64,000 nt of DNA, from assembly GCA_951812955.1 (NCBI GenBank), contig OX638340.1:2400001-2464000 (forward strand). Direction: 5' to 3'. The notes under the pieces were generated by a model that saw nothing but the letters and a program-made list of their open reading frames with translations, was not told the DNA's origin and made no database searches. Each line of letters opens with the position of its first letter. Within the stretch, counting starts at the first letter, position 1. Positions 38,299 to 48,244 of this stretch are shown here, one piece after another. The translations under genes were made by a program, and so were the position numbers. This DNA comes from an uncultured Gemmatimonadota bacterium. GTDB taxonomy: Bacteria > JAAXHH01.

Positions 38299-38916
38299 AT
38301 GGCAACCCGGCGAGAACTTGCCTTTCCCGTCGAATCTCAGGAAGCCGCTGAACTCGCAATCGAAGATGACCGCACCGGTATCATCCTCGATCCGCTTCGC
38401 TGGCGTCTCCTTGAGATCCTGGGAGCGGGAAAGTCGGTGACGGAGATTTCTGAAGCGCTTGATGTTACGGACGCCCGGGTGCTGTACCACGTGCAGAGAC
38501 TGGCACAGACGGGAGTCGTGCATCTGGAGGATGATGCGGCGGCAGATCCCCGGGAATGGCGGTGTCTGCCCGCGGCGGCAGTGATTAGCGTACAGGAGGA
38601 GCAGGAGGCGGGCAGGTCATCCGGGCAGGAGGACAGACAGGCACAAGTGGCCGTCCCGGAGGCAGTGGCCGGCCAGTTTAACCAGGCTTTTCGCGAAGCG
38701 GCGGAAGGGATGTACGGACCGTCCTTCCAGATGTCCGTCAACCACAACCGCGCGCGGCTGTCAGAAGCCCAGGCCGCCGAATTCAACCGTAGGCTGCTTG
38801 CGCTCATCGAAGAGTACTTCCCTCCCGGAAAAGGAGACCGGTCGGGCGTCAAGTACGGTTTCCACGGCGTGCTAACACCGATCGATCTTCATCCGCTTGG
38901 GGATGCCGAGGGATAG
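38299..38916 (+). CDS. ArsR-like wHTH transcriptional regulator (hypothetical)
   Basis: PLRWRLLEILGAGKSVTEISEALDVTDARVLYHVQRLAQTGVV resembles ArsR/HTH_20; C-terminal half unknown. Confidence 0.45.
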   Translation: MATRRELAFPVESQEAAELAIEDDRTGIILDPLRWRLLEILGAGKSVTEISEALDVTDARVLYHVQRLAQTGVVHLEDDAAADPREWRCLPAAAVISVQEEQEAGRSSGQEDRQAQVAVPEAVAGQFNQAFREAAEGMYGPSFQMSVNHNRARLSEAQAAEFNRRLLALIEEYFPPGKGDRSGVKYGFHGVLTPIDLHPLGDAEG

Positions 38917-38988
38917 GTGTTCGCGGATATCACGAACGTCATCCGCTCGGAGATGCCGGGGGATAGAGAGGTGGGTATACCATAAGCA

Positions 38989-39249
38989 TCACCGGGGTCC
39001 GCGACCATCACCGCGGCCTGAGACGACGGACCACAAGAAGACCGCCATACCTGCCAGCACAAGCACGGCCCCCAGGCAAAGGAACAAAGTCATCGAGACC
39101 GGATGGATCCAGAACAGGGTCGCCACTTCCACGACGAGGCCAACCGCAATCAACAAGCCCGCAATGTAAAGCCGGCCGGCGAATCCAGTTCGACCACCGG
39201 ACCGGAGGGATTCATGCATATCGCTCACTCTCCCGCCGCCGGTTCCCAT
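38989..39249 (-). CDS. small two-TM membrane protein (hypothetical)
   Basis: 86 aa; two hydrophobic helices; overlaps 3' end of the cytochrome gene by 25 bp. Confidence 0.3.
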   Translation of the reverse strand: MGTGGGRVSDMHESLRSGGRTGFAGRLYIAGLLIAVGLVVEVATLFWIHPVSMTLFLCLGAVLVLAGMAVFLWSVVSGRGDGRGPR

Positions 39250-39852
39250 TTGCCAAAACGATCCAGCTTGTCCACCTCATGCACCAGGTTGTGGCACATC
39301 ACGCATGATCTGGTACCGTTGAGCATTTCTCGCAGATAGGGCCGGTGGTCCGGATGCTCCTCGTACGAGCGCGCGCCTGCGTGACATTCGAGGCAGGCCG
39401 TGTTTTCGTAGGGCTCGTACAGCGCGACGGGTTCGGACCACGTCCCCCAGACGTTGTGCCATACGTGCCGCACGCCCCGGATCTTGTCGTCCACGTCCCC
39501 GAACATCGTGTAGTCCGAATGGCAGACGTAGCAGGCATAGTCCGCGGGGATCCGCTTATTCTGGAAATGGGCGGCCGGCAGAAACCGGCCGTCGTCGATA
39601 TACAGGCTTTCCAGGAAGGGTTGGTTGACGTGGCAGGAGACGCAGAACTCGGTCGACTTGGCTTGCTCGTAGTGCTGCACGGTTCCCACCGAGCAGCGCC
39701 ACGCCGGGCAGCAGTAGAAACGTGAAGAACGCGAAGATCATGCCGCCGGCCGAGGCGGTAAGATCGGGCCGCCGCAGGACTACCGCGATCATGGCCAGCG
39801 TAATGGCCGCCAGGACGATCAGGGTGATGGTAAATCCGGTCATTCCGGCCAC
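39225..39852 (-). CDS. NrfH/NapC-family membrane-anchored tetraheme cytochrome c, apparently split by a frameshift near 39690
   Basis: ORF 39225-39689 has four CxxCH (CVSCH, CYVCH, CLECH, CVMCH) but no membrane anchor; overlapping ORF 39556-39852 in another frame encodes only TM helices; joining at about 39690 gives TM helix, then about 15 aa, then TEFCVSCH as in NrfH. Confidence 0.6.
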
Positions 39853-40106
39853 TCAGTTCGACTCCTGTCCCCGGTCGCTATGGCTGCTTCGGTCGGCTCT
39901 ATTGTTCAGGCCGCCGACACTGCTCCGGCCACTTACTCCGCCGAACCGCGCCGGCCGGCTTCCTCACGAAGGTCCCGGGAGAGCGCCCTGATCTCGGCCA
40001 GGTCCTGCACCATCTCGCTCCAGCCGTACCACAGCGCATAGTCGGGATTGTTATGGAAGGTCCCCTGGAATGCCCGCATGCGATGTTCCAGGTGCATCCT
40101 GAAGAG

Positions 40107-41315
40107 TCACTGTTCGATCCTCGAAGGCGCGTCGTGAAACGCCAGCAGGTCGGGATAGTCGTATGCGTAATGTTCCGGCCGGACCAGTACCCCGTCCCGG
40201 TACAGCGCGGAGACGATGCGGATGGCCTCGGCCAGGAGGCGGTCGGTCTCGCGGATCATCTCATCGCCCTTTGCGAGTTCCGCCCGCACGAGGTTTTCCG
40301 AATGGCACTGCTCGCAGATGCCGGTCATGCGGTCGCGCTCCCGCTGCCAGTCCTCCTGGGTCAGCCGGGCCACGTCGGCCTGCCTGACCACATCCAGTCG
40401 CGGGGTGGGGTTGCCGTCCGGGTCCAGCACGCCAAGTGCCTGGAGGATCGTTGCCCGGTCCTCCGCCCACTGCGGGTCTTCCGGCATGGGAAGTCGGACG
40501 GCCAGGAAACCCCAGGCGGTCCGGACGCCGTGATCTCCCTCGGGCATGTGGCAGGTCTGGCACGTAGGCGCCTGGGCATGCTCGGGCAGCGTGCCGTTCT
40601 GCTTGAGCAGATGCCGCACGCCATGCTTGGAGGACGAGTACATTTCCCACTGGGGATGATCGAACCCCATGTGGCACGTCCTGCACGCCTGGGGCTCCCG
40701 GGCCTCCTTCACAGAAAAGAGATGGCGGGTATGACATACGTCGCAGGACGACAGGCCGAAAAGCCCGTCCTGCGCCTTGATCGTCTTAATCTCCTCTTCG
40801 CTCTTGAGGCCGATGCGGTGGCATCCGCCGCAGCCCTTCATACCCTCAGTCAGGGCCATGGGCAGGAAGTGGGTCGTCGGCATGGCGTTCATGCTGGTCC
40901 AGGCAAGGGCGTGCTTGCCCCCCGCGAACTGTTCCACCTGGATCGGATGGCACGTGGCGCACACGTCCGGGGTCGCGACGCCGGCCAGGGCCACGTCCTC
41001 CTCCGTGCGGTGATCGCCGCCGTGACACATGACGCAGTCCACGCCGTTCGTGCTGTGGGTGCTGAGTTCCCAGTCAATTACGATGCCGGGCGTGGCATCC
41101 TGGTGGCAGGCCACGCAGTCGGACGTGGCCCGCGGTGGATCGGCGGAGGGACCGCAGGCGGCAAGGGACAGCAGGAAGAATGATACGATGAAGAAGGATA
41201 CGATGTTGTTAACAAGGATGGCACGGCATACGCGGTACCTGGTTTTAGCAAGGAAGCGACTCCTGGAAAGCAGAGACGTCAGACTACCGGATTGCCGGGC
41301 CATCTTGTACCTCAT
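40107..41315 (-). CDS. octaheme c-type cytochrome, lipoprotein (HAO/ONR-family-like multiheme oxidoreductase)
   Basis: 402 aa; signal with lipobox LAACG; eight CxxCH motifs (CVACH, CVMCH, CATCH, CGGCH, CDVCH, CRTCH, CQTCH, CEQCH); followed on same strand by NrfH-like gene. Confidence 0.75.
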   Translation of the reverse strand: MRYKMARQSGSLTSLLSRSRFLAKTRYRVCRAILVNNIVSFFIVSFFLLSLAACGPSADPPRATSDCVACHQDATPGIVIDWELSTHSTNGVDCVMCHGGDHRTEEDVALAGVATPDVCATCHPIQVEQFAGGKHALAWTSMNAMPTTHFLPMALTEGMKGCGGCHRIGLKSEEEIKTIKAQDGLFGLSSCDVCHTRHLFSVKEAREPQACRTCHMGFDHPQWEMYSSSKHGVRHLLKQNGTLPEHAQAPTCQTCHMPEGDHGVRTAWGFLAVRLPMPEDPQWAEDRATILQALGVLDPDGNPTPRLDVVRQADVARLTQEDWQRERDRMTGICEQCHSENLVRAELAKGDEMIRETDRLLAEAIRIVSALYRDGVLVRPEHYAYDYPDLLAFHDAPSRIEQ

Positions 41316-41321
41316 GGAAGG

Positions 41322-41723
41322 TCACTGCCGGTTTTCAACGGCTTTCCGCCGCACCTCTTCACTCACCAGAACATCCGCGATGATTGCCACGATGTAGAAC
41401 TTGCCTTCCAACAGGTGCTCGTTGCTGAAAATGGGTTCCAGTTTTATCCATCTTCGAAGGTTCAGGTTCCCCCGGACCGTGTTGTATATAATGTCGTAAA
41501 ACTTCTGCGTGTCGTCAAACACCCAGGCTTCCGTGAAAATGATCCAGAACCCGATTTCTTCGGGAATGCCGTCCCAGTCGTTTGCCACCGCCCAGTTAAT
41601 CTCGATCGCCGGGTCGCTGTCGTACTTTATGGACTTCGATTCCGTGCCCATGACGATGCGGATTTGCAGATCCATATCGTTGATCTGGTTGAGCACGCCG
41701 TTCACGTCCTCGATAATTGCCAT
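41322..41723 (-). CDS. hypothetical protein, visibly lower GC than neighbours
   Basis: 133-aa ORF, acidic; no motif recognised. Confidence 0.4.
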   Translation of the reverse strand: MAIIEDVNGVLNQINDMDLQIRIVMGTESKSIKYDSDPAIEINWAVANDWDGIPEEIGFWIIFTEAWVFDDTQKFYDIIYNTVRGNLNLRRWIKLEPIFSNEHLLEGKFYIVAIIADVLVSEEVRRKAVENRQ

Positions 41724-41880
41724 GTGCGCTCCTGGTGATGCGCTGGTTGTTGAATTGAATTCCAGTTGAAACCGAAGGTCGTTCGGACCCCGTAATCCTT
41801 TACTGCCGGCCTTGCAATCTAAAAAGTAAATCAGGTTGAGCAGAACCGGAAGGTAAACCGAAAGTTCGGATCCTCATCCA

Positions 41881-42495
41881 TCATGGCCCCTCCCAGGGCC
41901 GTATCCTCGGAAACCAGCGCGGCACGTTCGCCTTGTACAACCGGTAGGGTTCACCGAACCGGCGCTCGAGGCCCGGCTCCTCGTAGAACGGGAAGTAGAT
42001 CGCGCACACAACGAAGAACACGCACATCCAGGCCGCAAGGTGCCATGAGCCGAAGAGCAGGGCTTCGGCGCCGAGTATGAGCACCATACCCGAATTCATG
42101 GGGTTGCGCACGTGGCGATAAGGTCCGAGGACGACCAGCTTCTCGGGCGGAGCCCAGGGCGCTGGCGTGCCCTTCCCGACCCTGTCGAACAGCGCCATGG
42201 TCCAGGCGGCAAGGAACAGGCCGTCCACCGCCATCGCGACCCCGATCCAGAACCGGAACTGCGCGGGTTCCGCCGGTGACAGCGCGCCCGGCGAGTCTGA
42301 CGATATCCACAGTATCACGCCCGGAACGTAGACCGTAGCAGCTGCCGGAAGGAGAAGGACGGTCTTCGCAGTAGTCCATTTCACGCGGGACACCCCCTCG
42401 CACGGTCCATAGTGTCCATTTCGTACATTGGCGATTATTCCATTCGGCCGCTCAGCGACACCCATGACGAAGGGATAAAAACCGGTCCATGTCAA
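41881..42495 (-). CDS. isoprenylcysteine carboxyl methyltransferase (ICMT) / phospholipid methyltransferase family membrane protein
   Basis: multi-TM; C-terminal GPYRHVRNPMNSGMVL ... EEPGLERRFGEPYRLYKANVPRWFP matches ICMT/PEMT signature. Confidence 0.7.
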   Translation of the reverse strand: MTWTGFYPFVMGVAERPNGIIANVRNGHYGPCEGVSRVKWTTAKTVLLLPAAATVYVPGVILWISSDSPGALSPAEPAQFRFWIGVAMAVDGLFLAAWTMALFDRVGKGTPAPWAPPEKLVVLGPYRHVRNPMNSGMVLILGAEALLFGSWHLAAWMCVFFVVCAIYFPFYEEPGLERRFGEPYRLYKANVPRWFPRIRPWEGP

Positions 42496-42791
42496 GCGTT
42501 AGTAATTAAGTGACAAATCCCCCGGCCGGGACAAATGCGACAATTATATTGCACACGTTTGTTGTTCGTTATACTATACGAAATTCGAAACGATATTTGA
42601 ACGAACCTATGAACTTGAACCCTGCGATTTGAACTGGAACCTTGAGAATCCGCCGCGGATCTGTAGGGTCACTGCCAGGACCGGTAACCGCTTCGGTACG
42701 GATACGCGACAATCCCGCAGAATCGGACGGCGGATGCGGGACCGCGCCTTAACGGCCAAACCCGTTCCGACACACAGCCGGAGGATAAAGA

Positions 42792-43733
42792 ATGCATGGC
42801 GCCGAGAACGATATTCCATTTGAAGGCGAGGGGACTCATACAGGCGGGCCGGACCGGGCTGTTGACGATACGATCCGGCTGAACTGGCGCGAGAAGCTGG
42901 TTGAAGTCGGCCTGATGATGGTAATGTTCACGTGCGGTATGCTGATCGGAATGTTCGTCATCATAGCTTCTCTGCTTACCATGCGAAGTACATTCGAGCA
43001 GTTGGCCCCGGGATTCATGGAAGTAGGTTCGATTCCGCTCATCATTCTGGTCGTCGTGGCCGTGATCGTCGGGAATATCTGTTCGTTCAGCTGCGCTCCC
43101 TACCTCATACGTCTCTTCTTTCGGGGCTACGAGTTGAAGGACGAGCGGATCGACCGCGCTTTGGATCACCTGATTTCCGTGACCGGGATGGAAATCAGGG
43201 CCGAACGGATCTACGCCATAAAGGGCAGGACGGCCAACGCCGTCGTGGCCGGCCTCTTCCGGAAGGGTCAGTACATCTTCTTTACCAACAGGCTTCTGGA
43301 GAGAATGAGAGAAGGAGAGATCATGGCGATCCTGGCGCACGAACTGGCCCATGTGCGGCACCGGCACATGCCGAGGATGATGCTGGGCATCGTGCTATGG
43401 ACCCTCGGCATCCAGGTATTCTTCTGGCTGATTGGCTTCCAGGTTTACTTCGAATCGATCGAAGAATCCTGGAAAATGTGGGTGTATGGCGGAATAAATG
43501 CCTTGAACTTCTACCTGCTTGTTTTCCTCGTTCTGTTCCCGCAGTCGAGGCGTCACGAATACGAGGCGGATGAGGCCGCCGCCCGGTGGGTGGGCATAAG
43601 CCAGTACAAGCAGGCCCTTTACCGGTTGCATCAATTGAATGACCAACTGAAACCACCGAGGAAGATCCTGTCGAAGCTAAGTACCCATCCGACGCTTCAG
43701 CAGAGGCTGGAGCGGGTGGGGAATCTGGAATAA
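42792..43733 (+). CDS. M48-family (HtpX/Ste24-like) zinc metallopeptidase, membrane-embedded
   Basis: 313 aa; HELAHVRHRH (HExxH) and downstream EYEADEAA third ligand; 4 to 5 TM helices. Confidence 0.85.
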   Translation: MHGAENDIPFEGEGTHTGGPDRAVDDTIRLNWREKLVEVGLMMVMFTCGMLIGMFVIIASLLTMRSTFEQLAPGFMEVGSIPLIILVVVAVIVGNICSFSCAPYLIRLFFRGYELKDERIDRALDHLISVTGMEIRAERIYAIKGRTANAVVAGLFRKGQYIFFTNRLLERMREGEIMAILAHELAHVRHRHMPRMMLGIVLWTLGIQVFFWLIGFQVYFESIEESWKMWVYGGINALNFYLLVFLVLFPQSRRHEYEADEAAARWVGISQYKQALYRLHQLNDQLKPPRKILSKLSTHPTLQQRLERVGNLE

Positions 43734-43799
43734 CGTGTGACTGGTGTTTCAGCGTGCTATCCGCGTTTGTAAGGAAGGTTACAGGACGTGTATACGGAC

Positions 43800-45023
43800 T
43801 CACTCCATGTTCATCGCATCCACCGGGCTCAGCTGCGAAGCCTTCAAGGCGGGATATATTCCGGCACATAGACCTATTGCCAGTGAGATCGCCAGCGACA
43901 AGAGGATATTGGAAACCGACGTACCAGTCGTGAAAGTGAGATCCAACACCTGATTCAATACGAACGAGAAAACCGATCCAAGGCCCAGTCCCAGCAATAT
44001 CCCCAGTAACCCCCCTAAAGCACTGATACCTATGGCTTCCAGCGTGAATTGATTCACGATATCGACGTGTCTGGCTCCTACTGACTTCCTAATACCTATT
44101 TCCCGCCTTCGTTCCGTTACGGAGACCAGCATCATATTCATGATCCCGATTCCACCCACCATCAGTGAGATGCCCGCCACGGCGGCAATCGCCGACTTAA
44201 CGGCGTTAATCACACCTCCTATCTGGTCCATTGCGTTTTTTCCGCTGACTATGTCAAATCCGGGCGCATCACCATGGATTGTCTTCAAGGCTGCCTCAAT
44301 GTCATCCACCGCAATTTCCATGACACTCGAATCCACTACCTTGATGGTCAAAAGGTCGAAGCCTTCATGGCCAAGCATCCTTTTCTGGACCGTCGTTATC
44401 GGAACGAAGACCCGGTTGCCCCAACTTTCATTGAAAACAATCTTTGGCTTCATGACGCCGATCACGGCAAATCTCTGACCATTCAGTTTCACTTCCTTGC
44501 CGACCGGATTGGTATCGTCAAACAATCTAGCGGCCAGTTCATCGCCCAGTACACATACTTTTCGCCAGCGCTTGACGTCGCGGTCGGTAATGAATCGACC
44601 CGTGGAAACCGACCACTGGTACATCTCCGGAAATGAAGGCGTCGTGCCGTACAACATCCCTCCATGCGACGTTTTTGCGAATCTGAGATCTACATTCAAT
44701 GTCGCGGCGGGGACCAATTGGCGCACGGCGCTCGATCTTCTCCCGATTTCCAGCATATCCTGCCAGACAAGATGCTCGTAATCGGATACAGGCATCCAAC
44801 TTCCTTCCCTATTTTCGTATCTCGATGGACTCACCCACACCATGGAGCCGCCACGTACGGATTCGAATTCATCCATCACCATGTCGTGAAGCCCCTCTCC
44901 AATCACGATGATGCCTGTTACAGCGCCAATGCCGACCGCAATCCCCAGCAGCGTCAGGACCGAACGCAGCCTGTAGTGAACGAGATTGGTAAACACCGTG
45001 TGGACATGGTGCGCTAAAGACAT
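43800..45023 (-). CDS. MacB/FtsX-type ABC permease with periplasmic domain (no NBD)
   Basis: 407 aa; N-terminal TM, large periplasmic domain, three C-terminal TM helices (FtsX fold); no adjacent ATPase gene. Confidence 0.8.
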   Translation of the reverse strand: MSLAHHVHTVFTNLVHYRLRSVLTLLGIAVGIGAVTGIIVIGEGLHDMVMDEFESVRGGSMVWVSPSRYENREGSWMPVSDYEHLVWQDMLEIGRRSSAVRQLVPAATLNVDLRFAKTSHGGMLYGTTPSFPEMYQWSVSTGRFITDRDVKRWRKVCVLGDELAARLFDDTNPVGKEVKLNGQRFAVIGVMKPKIVFNESWGNRVFVPITTVQKRMLGHEGFDLLTIKVVDSSVMEIAVDDIEAALKTIHGDAPGFDIVSGKNAMDQIGGVINAVKSAIAAVAGISLMVGGIGIMNMMLVSVTERRREIGIRKSVGARHVDIVNQFTLEAIGISALGGLLGILLGLGLGSVFSFVLNQVLDLTFTTGTSVSNILLSLAISLAIGLCAGIYPALKASQLSPVDAMNME

Positions 45024-45045
45024 AGACGACAGGGTCCGTAGAGGA

Positions 45046-46260
45046 CTATTGGTGTTTCGATTTCAGCGCGATATGAACCGCTCTTGCATCCGCTGCGATG
45101 TGTGCTCCAGGTTCGATACCGGACAGAATCTCCACATATTCAGTCGATTCAATTCCGATCTCGACCATGGTGGATTCCAGGTATTCTTCCGGACATTTCG
45201 ACATACCAGGGTCCATCGAAGTACAACGATAAACCACGTACGGCTTGCCGGGCACCGACCCAGTAGATGCTGTTTCCTTCTGTTCAGTGGCTATACCTAC
45301 GTAATCACCCATTTCCATGACCGAAGATGCAGGCGCAAGCAGCGAGCCTTCATTCTTCTCCAACACGATGTCGATATCGCAGGACATTCCCTGCTGCAAA
45401 TCCAGCGATGGATTCGATATCACGATTTCGGCATCGAACGTTACAAGCGCACTCCCGGGTTTCCGCACACCGATAGGCGCCAACCGCTCAACATGCCCGC
45501 TGTACAATGTGTCCGGGTAGGCATCGACACGAATCCGTACTTCCTGTCCAGGCCTGACCCTGCCTGCGTCAATTTCCCCAATGGCCGATTTGACGATCAT
45601 TCTGTCCGGATCGCCAATATGAAACATCTCCGTACCGCCGGTATACGAGGAGGTGCCCGATGCTACGACCTCGCCCGTTTCCACCATGCGGGCAACGACG
45701 ATGCCGTTCAAGGGAGACAGGATCCTCACGGCATCATGCGTTCTGTTGGAATCCACCTCAACATTAACCTTCAGTTCAAGTATTTTGAGTTCGAGTTCCG
45801 CCATGTTGAGATTATGATTGGCCTTGGTTTTTTCAATCCTTGCCTTGTCGAATTCCGCAGACGATATCAGGGATCTCTCATGTAATTCACGCTTTCTTTT
45901 AAAGGAGATCTCTTGTTCTGACAGATCTATTCGAGCGCCTTCAACTCTGGCGCGCTGCCGGGACAACTGAAGGGACTGAGACGGATCCGGCTCTATCACG
46001 GCAAGGACATCCCCCTTTGATACCGTATCCCCTACATCGGCGTGAATATGCCTGATTTCCCCGGATATGGTGGGTTTGACCATGACGGTCCTGACAAACT
46101 GGATCGTACCTGTCTCCACCAGGATATCGGAGATCGTTCCATGTTGAACCTGGAGTATTGGGAACGAGGCAACCCGGACCGTGGAACTGTAAACAAAGTA
46201 CAGTAGAACGGCTACGAGAATGCATGCCGATACGCAGACAATGACTATGCGTTTTTTCAT
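45046..46260 (-). CDS. HlyD-family membrane-fusion (periplasmic adaptor) protein
   Basis: 404 aa; single N-terminal TM, coiled-coil region ([20 protein letters not shown]...), beta-barrel/lipoyl-like segments. Confidence 0.75.
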   Translation of the reverse strand: MKKRIVIVCVSACILVAVLLYFVYSSTVRVASFPILQVQHGTISDILVETGTIQFVRTVMVKPTISGEIRHIHADVGDTVSKGDVLAVIEPDPSQSLQLSRQRARVEGARIDLSEQEISFKRKRELHERSLISSAEFDKARIEKTKANHNLNMAELELKILELKVNVEVDSNRTHDAVRILSPLNGIVVARMVETGEVVASGTSSYTGGTEMFHIGDPDRMIVKSAIGEIDAGRVRPGQEVRIRVDAYPDTLYSGHVERLAPIGVRKPGSALVTFDAEIVISNPSLDLQQGMSCDIDIVLEKNEGSLLAPASSVMEMGDYVGIATEQKETASTGSVPGKPYVVYRCTSMDPGMSKCPEEYLESTMVEIGIESTEYVEILSGIEPGAHIAADARAVHIALKSKHQ

Positions 46261-46281
46261 GTCAGCGGTGATTTCCAGGAA

Positions 46282-47013
46282 TTACACGTAAACGGTACCA
46301 AGGTTCTCCATGGTCCTGCGAATGACAATCCACATGCACCACACTAGTCCCAACGCGAACCATGTGAGTATAACCGATCCCTGGAAAGTCCGTGCAAGAC
46401 CCAACCCCAGCAGGTAAAGAAACCAAATACCGAAAAAGTCGACACCTGTAAGGAACAGGCCCGGGAGGGTTTCGAGGTCTGCATCGTCGAGCAACACACC
46501 AGGATGGATAGCCGGATCTAGCGACCCCCAAAGCAGAACCAGCGTGGTTTTGACGACTGTTTCGGGTACGAGGACAAGCAAGGCGTAGCCGGTAATCGGC
46601 AGAACCTTGTTGTACGGCAGGAGCTTACCGAAGATCAATTCTCCGCTGTGTTTCCCTACAACCGACCACGCGACAAGCATAAGGCAGACGCTGGCCGGCA
46701 TGATTAAAAGACCGGCGAGTTGCCTATGGTCGAATTTCGAAGCCTCGCGCAGGATAATAGATTGCTGAAACATACTGAGATTCGAATAGGACTGGAGTTC
46801 CATTTCGATCAACGCCCGTTCCGTATCCAGCGCAACCGGCAAAGTTACTATCCCGGCGATCAGTACGACCGACACGATAACGATCAGAATCAGGATCGAC
46901 TCAGAGGCGGACTGTTCAGTTTCAAGATCCGCAAATGCCCTCCCGGGACTGTAATAGACTCGTAGCCATCGCCTGGCATATCTTCCCATATCTATTGACG
47001 CGCTCAAGGACAT
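46282..47013 (-). CDS. multi-pass membrane protein, possibly Yip1/DUF1282-like
   Basis: 243 aa; 5 predicted TM helices; N-terminal YYSPGRAFADLE...ILILIVIVSVVLIAG resembles Yip1-domain start; 10-bp overlap with upstream gene. Confidence 0.4.
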   Translation of the reverse strand: MSLSASIDMGRYARRWLRVYYSPGRAFADLETEQSASESILILIVIVSVVLIAGIVTLPVALDTERALIEMELQSYSNLSMFQQSIILREASKFDHRQLAGLLIMPASVCLMLVAWSVVGKHSGELIFGKLLPYNKVLPITGYALLVLVPETVVKTTLVLLWGSLDPAIHPGVLLDDADLETLPGLFLTGVDFFGIWFLYLLGLGLARTFQGSVILTWFALGLVWCMWIVIRRTMENLGTVYV

Positions 47014-48224
47014 AGATCTCCCATGATGACCAGATGGTAGTAGCTGTGTCCGCCACCGGACCAGAATGGACTATTCCAGGGCCAGAACCTCCACCAGATT
47101 GGTTTGGAACGGGTATATGCACCTTGGCGAAAACTCTCCAGGAAGGTACTGATGTGATGTACCGTGCTCGTGGAAAGATGCCTGCCGACTCTCTTGGGAT
47201 GGGATTCCACGCCGAGGTAAGAACGAATCATAAGGCTGTGTTCATCGATTGGAAGCGCATCGACATTCTCGACGTACCAATTGAACACGTAGTAGAAGTG
47301 GTTTATGAGGAAGTACTCAACGTTAGAAACATAGAAAACGGAAATGCTCGAGTCGTGGGCTTCAGCGTAAGAACCGATGGCCCTCAACGTCTTCTCGCCC
47401 GCGAAGTTTCCCACGACGGGAATGATCAGGTTCCTGTGATGCAGGCGCTTCACGAACCTGAATGTATCTTCGGTAAACAAGAAACTGGCGAATTCTCCCT
47501 CCACAGTCGTACCTGTCATCAGGTCTTTGAACGAAGGATAGGATAACCCGTTGCCCAGTCGTGTTTCAGCGTATGTAATCGAAAGCTGTTTTTCGTAAAA
47601 CGATCGGTATATGTAGCGCATCCTGTCGAGATCGTACCGATCTTTGATCCCATACATGCCTACTTCCCGACTGAGCCGCCTCCAATTCTGTTTAAAAAAC
47701 AGTGAGTCGGCCGTGGTCGACGATTCGATGTATTCCAGGACTTCCGTAACGGAAGCGGTTTTATCCGGTAATCCGTTCAAAGCCAATCCGACTTCCCGGT
47801 TATGTCTACTGAACAGCAGCATCAGGAAGGATGTCCGGTCCCGGGCCAGGGTAAAAAGGGCTTTGTAGAGGAGATGCTGAAGCAGGTTTTCACGTCGGAT
47901 GTCGACGACAAATGCGATTTCCGGTCTCGTAGCAGCGATGTAGGAGAAGTTCTGTTCCGTACCGACGCCGATATAGACGCCGCCGCGTTTTCCCAGTTCG
48001 ATTACGGTCGGGACAACGTGCAGGTAGGACGATTCATTGGAAACGAAGTTGTCGCCGGGAAAGTGACCGGGATCTTCGGAGAACGCAGTCATGATCCTGG
48101 CGAATTCGGACAGCGCAAGGGAGTCCGGCAACGCCCCGTAAGATGGGAAGCGCAGGTCAGTCAGCGCGCCGATGGTCAGTAGCAGTATGACAACTCGAAT
48201 CAACTTCATCGGTTTTACATCCAT
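47004..48224 (-). CDS. secreted hypothetical protein (406 aa) with Rossmann-like GxGxxxN motif
   Basis: signal peptide MKLIRVVILLLTIGALTDL; GGVYIGVGTEQNF...VVDIRREN looks like a nucleotide-binding beta-alpha-beta start; no family confidently recognised. Confidence 0.5.
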   Translation of the reverse strand: MDVKPMKLIRVVILLLTIGALTDLRFPSYGALPDSLALSEFARIMTAFSEDPGHFPGDNFVSNESSYLHVVPTVIELGKRGGVYIGVGTEQNFSYIAATRPEIAFVVDIRRENLLQHLLYKALFTLARDRTSFLMLLFSRHNREVGLALNGLPDKTASVTEVLEYIESSTTADSLFFKQNWRRLSREVGMYGIKDRYDLDRMRYIYRSFYEKQLSITYAETRLGNGLSYPSFKDLMTGTTVEGEFASFLFTEDTFRFVKRLHHRNLIIPVVGNFAGEKTLRAIGSYAEAHDSSISVFYVSNVEYFLINHFYYVFNWYVENVDALPIDEHSLMIRSYLGVESHPKRVGRHLSTSTVHHISTFLESFRQGAYTRSKPIWWRFWPWNSPFWSGGGHSYYHLVIMGDLCP

Positions 48225-48244
48225 TCCATCTGCATTTGGTTCGT

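Noticed and set aside
40053-41183. 376-aa ORF on the plus strand
   Set aside because: Antisense to the octaheme cytochrome gene whose eight CxxCH motifs fix the coding strand
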